Positions 12,579 through 21,102 of a stretch of DNA of 60,013 nucleotides are shown piece by piece (position 1 is the stretch's first letter; every line of letters starts with the position of its first letter). Under the pieces are notes generated by a model that was not told the DNA's origin, made no database searches, and saw nothing but the letters and a program-made list of their open reading frames with translations. Origin of the DNA: Sphingobium sp. (GTDB lineage Bacteria; Pseudomonadota; Alphaproteobacteria; Sphingomonadales; Sphingomonadaceae). The stretch spans positions 1 through 60,013 of the forward strand of contig DATEJA010000240.1 of the NCBI GenBank assembly GCA_035278405.1. The letters run 5' to 3'. The position numbers and the translations under genes were made by a program.

Positions 12579-12947
12579 ATGGCTGACCAACTTGCTCGCC
12601 CCCGGGCCTATCTCAAGCATAGCTGCCCCTATTGCCTGAAGCTGCGCATCTTCCTGACCGAGGCGGGGCTGGCCGATGGGTTCGATTTCACCATCTTTGA
12701 GGATGGTGATGCCACCCATGAGGGGCTGCGCGCCGCGATGGAGGCGGCGGGGCAGAAAGCGAGCTTTCCGGCGGTGGAGTTCGAGGCGGGACGGTATGAG
12801 ACGGGCACGGACGCGCTGATCGAGCGGTTGGCTGGAGAAGCGGGCGTGGATGTGGAGGCGCTGGCGCTGCTGCGCTATTATGAGGGCGGCGTGTTCAAGC
12901 GCCATGTCGCGATGTTCCGGGAACTCCAGACACTGAAGGGCGGCTGA
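12579..12947 (+). CDS. Glutaredoxin / GST N-terminal domain-like protein
   Basis: CPYC motif and a cis-Pro-like SFPAV; AGGAG RBS. Confidence 0.8.
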   Translation: MADQLARPRAYLKHSCPYCLKLRIFLTEAGLADGFDFTIFEDGDATHEGLRAAMEAAGQKASFPAVEFEAGRYETGTDALIERLAGEAGVDVEALALLRYYEGGVFKRHVAMFRELQTLKGG

Positions 12948-13478
12948 CCGGCGGGGCGTGGCGACCGTAGCTCACGCTTTCTCCCACCGTTGTTTGAAGC
13001 GCGTAAATACCGGGATCGAAAGCCCGCCGTTCATCCCTTATCTTCTGGAGAACGCGCTCAGGGGAATGGCGTGGCCGGCGGGACCCGGAGGGGGCAAGGC
13101 GGCTTTTCTTCTTCGACGGCGCGGAGCGGGGACGCAGGCGGCGGGATGGGCAAGCCGCCTGGCTGCGCCGCTGTCGCGCCATGCCCCGGGCGGGCAGCGG
13201 TTGAGGGCGTGGCCTGTCGTGCCGTGCATGATGGGCGCCGCGCTCACCGCCGATACCTCAGATGGCCGGTTCCCCCCCCTTACCGGCATCGGGGTATCGG
13301 CGGACCAGTTCGAGGCGGCTTCGGGTCGGCGCGCCGGGTGGATGTCGCGCCACGGGCTTCTCGACTTCGCTCGGAGCGAACGGAGCCATTGTGTTGCCGT
13401 TCGCGGCCGCCGGCGCCCGCACGGGGACCCGCCGGGCCACCGTGTCGACAGATGTTCCGCTTGCCGGCGTGCTGCCGA

Positions 13479-13802
13479 TCAGACGCGGCTGAAAGTGCCC
13501 ATTTCGGGCGGGCGCCGGCTGACCAACGAGAGCAGCGGTTCGGGCACTTCGATCGCGGCGACATGGGGCGCGGCCTGATCATCGATCAGCAGCAGCTTGG
13601 CCGCGATCGCCTTCGTCACCATATGGGCGCGATTGCGGGCCTGCAGCTTCAGCCGGATCGTGTCGATATGCCCTTCCACGGTTCGGGGCGCGATGGCGAT
13701 GGACTGGGCCACCTCCTTGGCGGAAAAGCCCTGCGCTACCAATTCCAAGATCTGGATTTCCCGGCGAGTGAGCAGAAAGTCACCATCGTTCGCTTTGCGC
13801 AT
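13479..13802 (-). CDS. Stand-alone LuxR-type HTH regulator
   Basis: LTRREIQILELVAQGFSAKEVAQSIAIAPRTVEGHI...KLQARNR; AAGGAGG RBS; no receiver or ligand-binding domain. Confidence 0.85.
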   Translation of the reverse strand: MRKANDGDFLLTRREIQILELVAQGFSAKEVAQSIAIAPRTVEGHIDTIRLKLQARNRAHMVTKAIAAKLLLIDDQAAPHVAAIEVPEPLLSLVSRRPPEMGTFSRV

Positions 13803-14300
13803 AAGGCCTCCTTGTCCCGCTCGGGGCGGGATTATCCTGAAGCGACCCTATGTTTCTTGGCGAGTTGCAGCCCTTTGCGCGCGCTGCTCCCGCGGCTCGT
13901 TAGAATAAGCGCGGCACCAGAATGGCACCTGAAACTGTCCGAGTGGAATGTCCCCCGACATTTTAAATACTGTCCCATCCAAACGAGTCATGCAAGTTAC
14001 AGCGCAATTTCCGGGTAATTTTACGCACGCCTTTTGGGCGGGGAAGAGCGCAGGCGGATAGCGCGCGGGGCAGAAGGGGCATGGCTGGGAGAGGCAAGGT
14101 GCTGATCGATCAGGCTTTTATTATCGCGGGACGATGTCGAGCCGATGGCAGCGTGCCAGCGGGAGGCGATCCTGTTGTTGGCCGCGCCGGCGCGCGTTCT
14201 GATCCTTCAGGCCCTTGCTTTACCTTGATGTTGGAGTGATCCTCGCGACTCCGGTGCATTACGTCCGCCGCAGGGGGAACGGCAAGGCAAGGAGAGGACC

Positions 14301-16331
14301 ATGAAGGCAATCGACCGCGCCTCGAAAGTCATCGCGCTCGTGGGGCCCGCGGGCGCGGGCAAGACCAGTCTGGCGGAAGCGATCCTCTTTGCCGCGGGCG
14401 CCATCCCGCGCCTGGGCGCCGTCAAGCAGGGCAGCAGCGTGGGCGACGCCAGTCCCGAAGCGCGATCGCGCGGCGCGTCGACGGAACTGAACGTCATGCG
14501 CTTCAGCTGGATGGACGAGCCCTATGTCCTGCTGGACGTGCCGGGATCACCAGGCTTTGCCGCCGACGGCGACATGGCGCTGGGCGTCGCCGACCTGGCG
14601 CTGGTGGTGATCGACCCCGATCCCGCGCGCGCGCCGCAGGCCGAACCCGTGCTGCGCCGGCTGGAAAAGCTGGACATGCCGCGCGCCGTCTTCGTCAACA
14701 AGATCGACCAGGCGCGCGGCAATATCCAGGACCTGCTGGAAGCGTTGCAGCCGCTGGGCGAGGCGCCCTTCGTCGCGCGGCAGATCCCGATCCGGTCGGG
14801 CGAGCAGGTCGACGGCTTTGTCGACCTGGCGCTGGAGCGGGCCTATCATTACCAGGCGGGCAAGCCGTCCGAGCAGATCCCGATCCCGGCCGAGCTGAAG
14901 GCCGCCGAGGAAGCCGCGCGTTTCCACATGCTGGAGCAGCTGGCCGATCATGACGATGTGCTGCTGGAACAGTTGCTGAGCGACGAGGTGCCGCCGCTGG
15001 ACGTGATATTCGGCGACCTGCATCGCGAATTGGCGGAGGGGCAGGCGGTGCCGGTCCTGTTCGGATCGGCGCTGAACGGCTTTGGCGTGCGGCGGCTGCT
15101 CAAGATGCTGCGGCATGACACGCCGGCGATGGAACAGTGCGCGGCGCGGCTGGGCATCAGCGCGGACGGCGCCCAGATCTTCAAGATCATGAACGGCAGC
15201 TCGGTCGGCCGGCTCGCCCTGGCGCGGCTGTTCGGCGGGCCGGTGCAGGAAGGGGCGGACTGGGTCGACAGCAACGGCCGGTCGCTGCGCGCGGGCGCGC
15301 TGTTCGGGCTTCAGGGCGCGGCGTCGACCAAGCTGCGCGCCAGCGATCCGGGCGATGTTGTCGGCATCCCCAAGCTGGAGGGGGTGCAGGCGGGCGATCG
15401 GCTGGGCCTGTCCGGCCACAAGCCCGACGCCGCGCCGCCGCGCGAGAAGGCGAGCGCCAATTGCGCGCTGACGATAGCGGTCAAGGATCACAAGGACGAG
15501 GTGCTGCTGTCGACCGCGATCGGCAAGCTGGTCGAGGAGGATGCGGGGCTGGACTGGGCAGCCGACGAGATGAGCCAGCAGATGCTGATCCGGGGCATCA
15601 CGGAGGAACATCTGGCGGTGGCGCTCGACCGGCTGAAGCGGCGCTATGGCGTTGCCCTGCAATCGGGCCTGCCGACCGTCGCCTATCGCGAAACGATCCG
15701 CAAGGCGGTGACCCAGCGCGGGCGGCACAAGAAACAGTCGGGTGGGCACGGCCAGTTCGGCGACGTCGTGCTGGAGGTGCGGCCGCTCCAGCGCGACGAG
15801 GGGTTCCGCTTCGACGATCGCATCACCGGCGGAGCGGTGCCCAAGCAATGGATACCGGCGGTCGAGCTGGGGGTGCGCGACGCGATGGCGAACGGGCCGC
15901 TGGGCTTTCCGGTCGTGGATGTCGCCGTGACGCTGGTCGACGGGTCGTTCCACAGCGTCGACAGTTCCGAACTCGCCTTTCGCCTGGCCGGCCGGATGGG
16001 CATGGCGGACGCGCTGGCGGCGGCTTCGCCCTATCTGCTCGAACCCTTCGTGCATGTGACGATCGCCGCGCCGGGCAGCGCGACGTCTCGCGTGACTTCG
16101 GCGCTGGCGAGCCGGCGGGGGCAGTTGCTGGGCATCACCCCGCGCGACGGCTGGTCGCGATGGGACATGATCGAGATGCTGTTGCCGGGCGCGGAACTGC
16201 AGGGGCTGGAGGCGGAGCTGCGGTCGCTGAGCCAGGGCATGGCGCAGTTCGAGGCGCATTTCGACCATTTTGCGGAGGTCAATCCCAAGCTGGCCAGTTC
16301 CATCCTGCACAAGCGGCTGGAGCCGGCCTGA
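14301..16331 (+). CDS. Elongation factor G paralogue (EF-G II / EF-G2-like)
   Basis: GAGKTS, DVPG, NKID, VAYRETI, HKKQSGGHGQFG and GSFHSVDSSELAF; 676 aa; outside the str operon. Confidence 0.9.
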   Translation: MKAIDRASKVIALVGPAGAGKTSLAEAILFAAGAIPRLGAVKQGSSVGDASPEARSRGASTELNVMRFSWMDEPYVLLDVPGSPGFAADGDMALGVADLALVVIDPDPARAPQAEPVLRRLEKLDMPRAVFVNKIDQARGNIQDLLEALQPLGEAPFVARQIPIRSGEQVDGFVDLALERAYHYQAGKPSEQIPIPAELKAAEEAARFHMLEQLADHDDVLLEQLLSDEVPPLDVIFGDLHRELAEGQAVPVLFGSALNGFGVRRLLKMLRHDTPAMEQCAARLGISADGAQIFKIMNGSSVGRLALARLFGGPVQEGADWVDSNGRSLRAGALFGLQGAASTKLRASDPGDVVGIPKLEGVQAGDRLGLSGHKPDAAPPREKASANCALTIAVKDHKDEVLLSTAIGKLVEEDAGLDWAADEMSQQMLIRGITEEHLAVALDRLKRRYGVALQSGLPTVAYRETIRKAVTQRGRHKKQSGGHGQFGDVVLEVRPLQRDEGFRFDDRITGGAVPKQWIPAVELGVRDAMANGPLGFPVVDVAVTLVDGSFHSVDSSELAFRLAGRMGMADALAAASPYLLEPFVHVTIAAPGSATSRVTSALASRRGQLLGITPRDGWSRWDMIEMLLPGAELQGLEAELRSLSQGMAQFEAHFDHFAEVNPKLASSILHKRLEPA

Positions 16332-16365
16332 GGGCCGGGCGAGCATCGATCTGTATTTTAACCAT

Positions 16366-16388
16366 AAAGTCGGAAAAATTCTGACTTT
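16366..16388. promoter_or_regulatory. Candidate operator palindrome upstream of the lipoprotein/TpsB pair
   Basis: AAAGTCGGAA-AAA-TTCTGACTTT (9 of 10 positions inverted) in an AT-rich patch, preceded by TTAACCAT at 16358-16365. Confidence 0.35.
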
Positions 16389-16668
16389 GCGTAGAACCAA
16401 TTGGCGACTTCTTGGTTGTCGGTTCAGGATCGGCCGATCCCCGACAAAGGCAAACCGATGGTGACATCGGGACGCAAAGCGTCCGGCCTTGAGTTGCAAG
16501 GTAGCGGGGCTGCCGAAGGAACCGAGGTTCAGGTGAAATAGCGCCGGTCCCGATCATCATCATCGCCCGTCCGGGCGAGCGGCCTGCCGTGGCTTTCCTG
16601 ACAATTCGACCTTGGGTGGCTCTTGTCCGCCATGCGCGTGATGGCGCCGGACCGATAGGAGAAAGCCA

Positions 16669-17790
16669 GTGGTGGATGGTCTGTCATTCGATCGAAATGC
16701 CCAGGGACGCGCGTTCACGACCCTGGGGGCCTGCTCGGCGCTGATGCTGATGCTGGCCGCCTGCGAAAGCACCGGGACGACGCGCTTTGCGAGCGTGGGC
16801 GCGGGCAGCGGCGGGGGCGGCGCAAGCCAGGGGAGCGGCGGCGGGAGCGGAAGTGGCAGCGCTTCGGGCGGCGGAACCGCGACCGATGGCGGCGGCGCGG
16901 GAACGGGCAGCGGCTCTGGATCCGGCACGGGTTCGGGCACGGGCGTGACAGGTGGTGGCAGCGGATCGGGGAGCGTCAGTGGCTCCGGCGGCACGTCAAC
17001 AGCGGCGCTCGGGCAGCTTTCGCCCGCGCTGGTGACGGCGGGCAACGCGGTGCTGGGCGTTTCGGACGGGCAGGGCGGCGTCACCACTCCAGTCGCGACC
17101 GCCTTGCCGGTGTTGCAGCCGGTGACCGGCACCATCACCCGCGTGCTGACGGATACGGGGACGGTGCTGGTGGATGCGGGCCAGGGGCGCACGCTGCTGC
17201 TGCAAGGCGCGCAGGGCGTGGTCGGCGACCTTGTCACCATCGATGTCGGCGGCCATTCGGTCACGACCGGCCTGGATGGCACGGCAGGCGCGATCGGCGT
17301 CGGTGTGCTGGGCTCCACCCAGCCGGTGGGCACGGTGGCGACGGCCGGGGTACTCAACGCGGGCAATACGGTGCTGGCCGACGTGAACGGCGTGGCGGAC
17401 GTGCGCGTCACCAACATCACCTCGCCGACCGGGGGATTGTCGCAAAATCTGCTCGACGTCGCGCTGACCGGCAATCAGGTCATCGGCAATGGCAGCCCGG
17501 CGCTGATCGAGGCGAACCTGCTGCCGGGCGGCGCGGCGCTGCCGGGCACGGGCGGGGCGCTGGCGCCGGTGCAATCGGCGGTGCAGTCGGTCGGGCAGAC
17601 GGTGGACCAGGTGACGGGCGGCGCGCTGGCGCCGGTGACCGCCGCCGCCGGCATTGGCGCGACGGCGGGCAGCGCCAGCGTCGATGCGGGCGCGACGGCC
17701 ACGACCGGCGGCGCGCTGGCGCCCGTGACCGGCGTCGTGAGCGGCACCGTCAACAGCCTGACGAGCGGGCTCGGCCTCACCCAGCCCTGA
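16669..17790 (+). CDS. Gly/Ser/Thr/Val-rich putative lipoprotein; candidate passenger of the adjacent TpsB
   Basis: AGGAG RBS plus GTG; hydrophobic stretch ending in lipobox LAAC; long GS linker; GGALAPV repeated three times near the C-terminus. Confidence 0.75.
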   Translation: MVDGLSFDRNAQGRAFTTLGACSALMLMLAACESTGTTRFASVGAGSGGGGASQGSGGGSGSGSASGGGTATDGGGAGTGSGSGSGTGSGTGVTGGGSGSGSVSGSGGTSTAALGQLSPALVTAGNAVLGVSDGQGGVTTPVATALPVLQPVTGTITRVLTDTGTVLVDAGQGRTLLLQGAQGVVGDLVTIDVGGHSVTTGLDGTAGAIGVGVLGSTQPVGTVATAGVLNAGNTVLADVNGVADVRVTNITSPTGGLSQNLLDVALTGNQVIGNGSPALIEANLLPGGAALPGTGGALAPVQSAVQSVGQTVDQVTGGALAPVTAAAGIGATAGSASVDAGATATTGGALAPVTGVVSGTVNSLTSGLGLTQP

Positions 17791-17858
17791 TGGATCGGTG
17801 GAGGCGGGGCACGGGCCCTCGCCTCCGCCTCCTCCCCTTACGCGGAAAGCTCCCCCCT

Positions 17859-19466
17859 ATGGCCGCTCTCCTGGCCGCCGGCGCGCCCCTGCTGCTGGCG
17901 ATGCAATCGACTGCCACGCCTTTGTCGCCGCCGCTGATCGGTACGCAAGGTCAACCAGCGCCGCCCGAGGCGCCCGAGGCGGTGCCTTCCTCGCCAACGC
18001 CGGCGACCGATGATCTGGTCGCGGTGCGGGCCGGCGATGGCGCGGCGATGATCAAGGGCATCGATTTTCTGGGCGTGCAGGCCCCCGCCCCGGTCGCGCA
18101 GGCGGCGCGCGCCTTTCTGGGCAGGCCGGCGTCGCGCGATAATCTGGCCGCGCTCGCCCAGGCGATCTCGGCCGCCTATGCGCGCAGCGGTATCGCGCTC
18201 TATACCGTCGCCATCCCGCAGCAGGACCTGTCGGGCGGCCAGGTCAAGGTGCAGCTGGCCGAGGGCTTTGTCGAGGATGTCGTCTATCCCCAGGGCGCGA
18301 GCCCGCTGGTGCGCGCCTATGCCGAGCGGTTGCGAGCGGAGCGACCGCTCGGCCGGCGCGCGCTGGAACGCTATCTGTCGCTGATGCGCGACATTCCGGG
18401 CGCGAAGGTGGAGGTGGGTTTGCTGCGCGGTGGGGCGCCGGGCGCCGTCCGGCTGTCCGTCACGCCCAGCCGCAAGCGGAGCGAGTTCAGCTTCGGCGTC
18501 GACAACCAGGCGCAAAGCGGGCTGGGGCGGGGACAGCTGCGCGCGGGCGCGAAGCTCTACAGCCTGCTGCGCGACGGCGACCGCACCGACATCACGCTGC
18601 TGAGCGCGATCGACCTCAAACGCTATCGCTATGTCGGCATCGGCCATCAGACCCCGCTCGGGTCGGACGGGCTGACATTGGGGCTGTCGGCGTCGCATCT
18701 CGACACGAGGCTCAAGGGCTTGCCGATCAGCGGCGAAGCCTGGACGCTGGGGCTGTCGATGAGCTACCCGATCATCCGGGGCTACAAGCGCAACCTGACC
18801 GTCAGCGCGGGCATCGACGGGCTGAACAGCGACGCCGCGCTGCTGGGGGCGGTGCTGTCATCGGACCATATCCGCGCGGTCCGCGCCGGCCTTGGCTATG
18901 CGCAGACCGGCAAGAAGAGCGCGCTGGCGGCGGCCGTCAGCGCCAGCCGGGGGATCGACATATTCGGCGCGCGCGGCACGGCGGGCTTTACCGATCCGGT
19001 CTTCACCAAGCTGGTCGGGCGGGCCAGCTATGACCGGATGATCGGCAAGCGCCTGACCGCCCGGTTGCGCGCGGTCGGGCAATATAGCCGCGATCGCCTG
19101 TCGGGCGCGGAACGGCTGGCGATCGGCGGGCCGGAGTTCGGCCGCGCCTTCGACGCGGCGATCCTGAGCGGCGACCGGGGCGCGGCGGGATCGATGGAAC
19201 TGGCCTGGCGACCGCTGCCGTCGGGCAGGATCAAGGACAGCGAAGTCTATGGCTTTGTCGACGGCGCGCGCATCCGCGTGCTGGAGCGAGCCGGCTTGCC
19301 ATCCAGCCGCTACGACCTCGCTTCGGCCGGAATGGGTGCCCGGCTGGTCTATAACCCGCATGCCTCGTTGACGCTGGAGGGCGCGCGCGTCCTCGACACG
19401 CCCTATGCAGCGGCCCGGGGCGGGTGGCGCTTCAACATAGGCTGGCATGTCAGGATGCGGCGCTAG
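17859..19466 (+). CDS. ShlB/FhaC/HecB family (TpsB, Omp85-like) outer-membrane transporter
   Basis: Signal-like N-terminus, POTRA-like segments (AISAAYARSG...IPQQDLSGGQVKVQLAEG; LMRDIPG), barrel motifs IGGPEFGRAF and YGFVDG. Alternative start at 17790. Confidence 0.85.
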   Translation: MAALLAAGAPLLLAMQSTATPLSPPLIGTQGQPAPPEAPEAVPSSPTPATDDLVAVRAGDGAAMIKGIDFLGVQAPAPVAQAARAFLGRPASRDNLAALAQAISAAYARSGIALYTVAIPQQDLSGGQVKVQLAEGFVEDVVYPQGASPLVRAYAERLRAERPLGRRALERYLSLMRDIPGAKVEVGLLRGGAPGAVRLSVTPSRKRSEFSFGVDNQAQSGLGRGQLRAGAKLYSLLRDGDRTDITLLSAIDLKRYRYVGIGHQTPLGSDGLTLGLSASHLDTRLKGLPISGEAWTLGLSMSYPIIRGYKRNLTVSAGIDGLNSDAALLGAVLSSDHIRAVRAGLGYAQTGKKSALAAAVSASRGIDIFGARGTAGFTDPVFTKLVGRASYDRMIGKRLTARLRAVGQYSRDRLSGAERLAIGGPEFGRAFDAAILSGDRGAAGSMELAWRPLPSGRIKDSEVYGFVDGARIRVLERAGLPSSRYDLASAGMGARLVYNPHASLTLEGARVLDTPYAAARGGWRFNIGWHVRMRR

Positions 19467-19552
19467 AGCATGATGACTTCAGCCGACGCCCTCTGCCTTC
19501 GCCGTTCGAAGCGAGGAAGCAAGCTCAAGTCGTCAAGGTAGTTGATGCCGCG

Positions 19553-19795
19553 TCAGGCGGCCGTGTTCGCCACGGGAAGGCCGAAGGCCATGCGCGCGGC
19601 GCGGACTGTATAGTCATATTCGCGGCTGCCGGGGACAAGGTCATGCCAATCCTTGTCGGCGAGCGCGGCGAAACTGTCCTGCCAGATCTTGCAGGCTATC
19701 AGTTGAATTTCGGATTCCTTGGGGCTCCGCTGCGCTTCAAGACAGTCGCGCAGGATCGCGTGGAACACCGCGCCTGTTATCGGTGCGTGATTCAT
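19553..19795 (-). CDS. Small hypothetical protein (80 aa, MNHAPITG...)
   Basis: GGAGAGG RBS before the ATG; globular composition. Confidence 0.65.
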   Translation of the reverse strand: MNHAPITGAVFHAILRDCLEAQRSPKESEIQLIACKIWQDSFAALADKDWHDLVPGSREYDYTVRAARMAFGLPVANTAA

Positions 19796-19907
19796 GGGGC
19801 ATCCTCTCCAGCTGCTGGGTCTTTGTGCCAGCTTGCCGTAGAGGAAAGTTGCATAGAGGCGACGGGCCGTCAACACGTCCCTGATATTTAAATTTCCCCA
19901 TCAAAAG

Positions 19908-19921
19908 TTAGGTTGACCTAA
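19908..19921. promoter_or_regulatory. Candidate operator palindrome TTAGGT-TG-ACCTAA
   Basis: Perfect 6-2-6 inverted repeat in an AT-rich patch upstream of the 80-aa ORF. Confidence 0.4.
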
Positions 19922-19969
19922 TTATCCTATTGGAATCGGCGTCGCTGCCCGGCCATGGCCGATTCGCGC

Positions 19970-21046
19970 TTATTTGGGCCGAGGATCGGGCAGGCCCTGT
20001 CCGGCCGCTGCCAGCTTGTGCGCGTCGTCGGCCAGCACGGCCTCGCACAGGGTCAGCGCCACGTTGCGGGCTTCGGTCTGGAAGGGTTCGTCCCGGTCGA
20101 GGGCAGCATGGCTTTCCGCATAGGGGCCATAATAGCCGATATAGCGGTCAAGCTCCGCCTTGGCGCCGGCCGAGATCATGCCCATGGCCTGCATCCAGTC
20201 GCCAAGCAGGCGGCGCACATTTTCCGCCCCTTCCGTATCGCCATGCACGATCACGCCGAACAGCCGCCCTGCCAGGTGACGGGGATAATGCCAGCCCTGA
20301 AGCTCCACCGCCTTGGCCTTCGCCGCGTCCTTGCCCTGCGTCAGGGTCGGGTCGGGATTGCCGCCATCGGCGCAGACCAGCCGGTCCATCATCAGCTTCA
20401 TCGGCGAGCTGGGCTGATACCAGTTGACGGGCGTCACCAGCAGCACGCCATGCGCGGCGACCCACAGGGGATAGATGTCGTTCATCCAGTCATGCACCTG
20501 GCCCAGGCTGTAATTGGGATAGCAGGAACAGGGCCAGTGGCAGAGCGCGGGCGAGGTGGAAAAGCAGGCCTTGCAAGGATGAATCGTCCGGCCATATTCC
20601 GATGTCAGCCGCGACAGGTCGAGCATGTCGACCTCCAGCCCCTGGCCGCGACAGGTCTGCGCCGCGAGGTCGGCGACCCGCCAGCTTTTCGACATTTCGC
20701 CCGGGCAGCTATGTTCGCTGCGCGACGATCCGTTGACGATCAGGATGCGGCGCGGCGGTCCTTGCCGGTCATGGCTTTCCTGCGCCTGGGCGATGGCGGC
20801 CGCCGCGTTGATCCAGTCGATCGCCAGGTCATAGTCCGGATCGGCATGGCCGGGGCCGGCCTTGCGCGTGTGCGGGCTCTTGCGATGATGGCTGTAGGCG
20901 TCCCAGGCCCCCTGGGCGATCTGGTCCAACGCATCGGGCATCGATGCGAAGACCGGATCGCTGAACTGGCTCTTGAACCGCGCGATGAAGGCCGCGCGGT
21001 CCAACTGGGGGGAGGGCATGCCCTTGCGGGGGGCGCTGTCTGTCAT
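19970..21046 (-). CDS. Flavodoxin family / NADPH-dependent FMN reductase-like protein with a Cys cluster
   Basis: IVNGSSR, PCKACFSTSPALCHWPCSC, TPVNWY and KLMMDRL; resembles iron-sulfur flavoproteins. Confidence 0.85.
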   Translation of the reverse strand: MTDSAPRKGMPSPQLDRAAFIARFKSQFSDPVFASMPDALDQIAQGAWDAYSHHRKSPHTRKAGPGHADPDYDLAIDWINAAAAIAQAQESHDRQGPPRRILIVNGSSRSEHSCPGEMSKSWRVADLAAQTCRGQGLEVDMLDLSRLTSEYGRTIHPCKACFSTSPALCHWPCSCYPNYSLGQVHDWMNDIYPLWVAAHGVLLVTPVNWYQPSSPMKLMMDRLVCADGGNPDPTLTQGKDAAKAKAVELQGWHYPRHLAGRLFGVIVHGDTEGAENVRRLLGDWMQAMGMISAGAKAELDRYIGYYGPYAESHAALDRDEPFQTEARNVALTLCEAVLADDAHKLAAAGQGLPDPRPK

Positions 21047-21102
21047 GGCGGGCGTTCCTTCCCCAGGAGAACGCCCCAGCGCCCGCGTCGTTGCGCGTCC
21101 GG

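Noticed and set aside
12958-14018. Plus-strand ORFs of 206 and 342 aa
   Set aside because: Arg/Pro/Gly-rich with no motifs, and they overlap the LuxR-type gene on the opposite strand.
14301-16331. Housekeeping fusA or a TetM/TetO resistance protein
   Set aside because: The G-motifs diverge from canonical EF-G and there is no rpsL/rpsG/tuf context; domain IV motifs are EF-G-like, not TetM-like.
16358-16365. TTAACCAT as a CtrA site (also at 29851-29858)
   Set aside because: Single 8-mers without the full TTAA-N7-TTAA site are too weak to call.
16795-16995. Repetitive GGCAGCGGC-rich DNA as a possible CRISPR array or VNTR
   Set aside because: It is a coding Gly/Ser linker with degenerate codons; there is no repeat-spacer structure and no cas gene.
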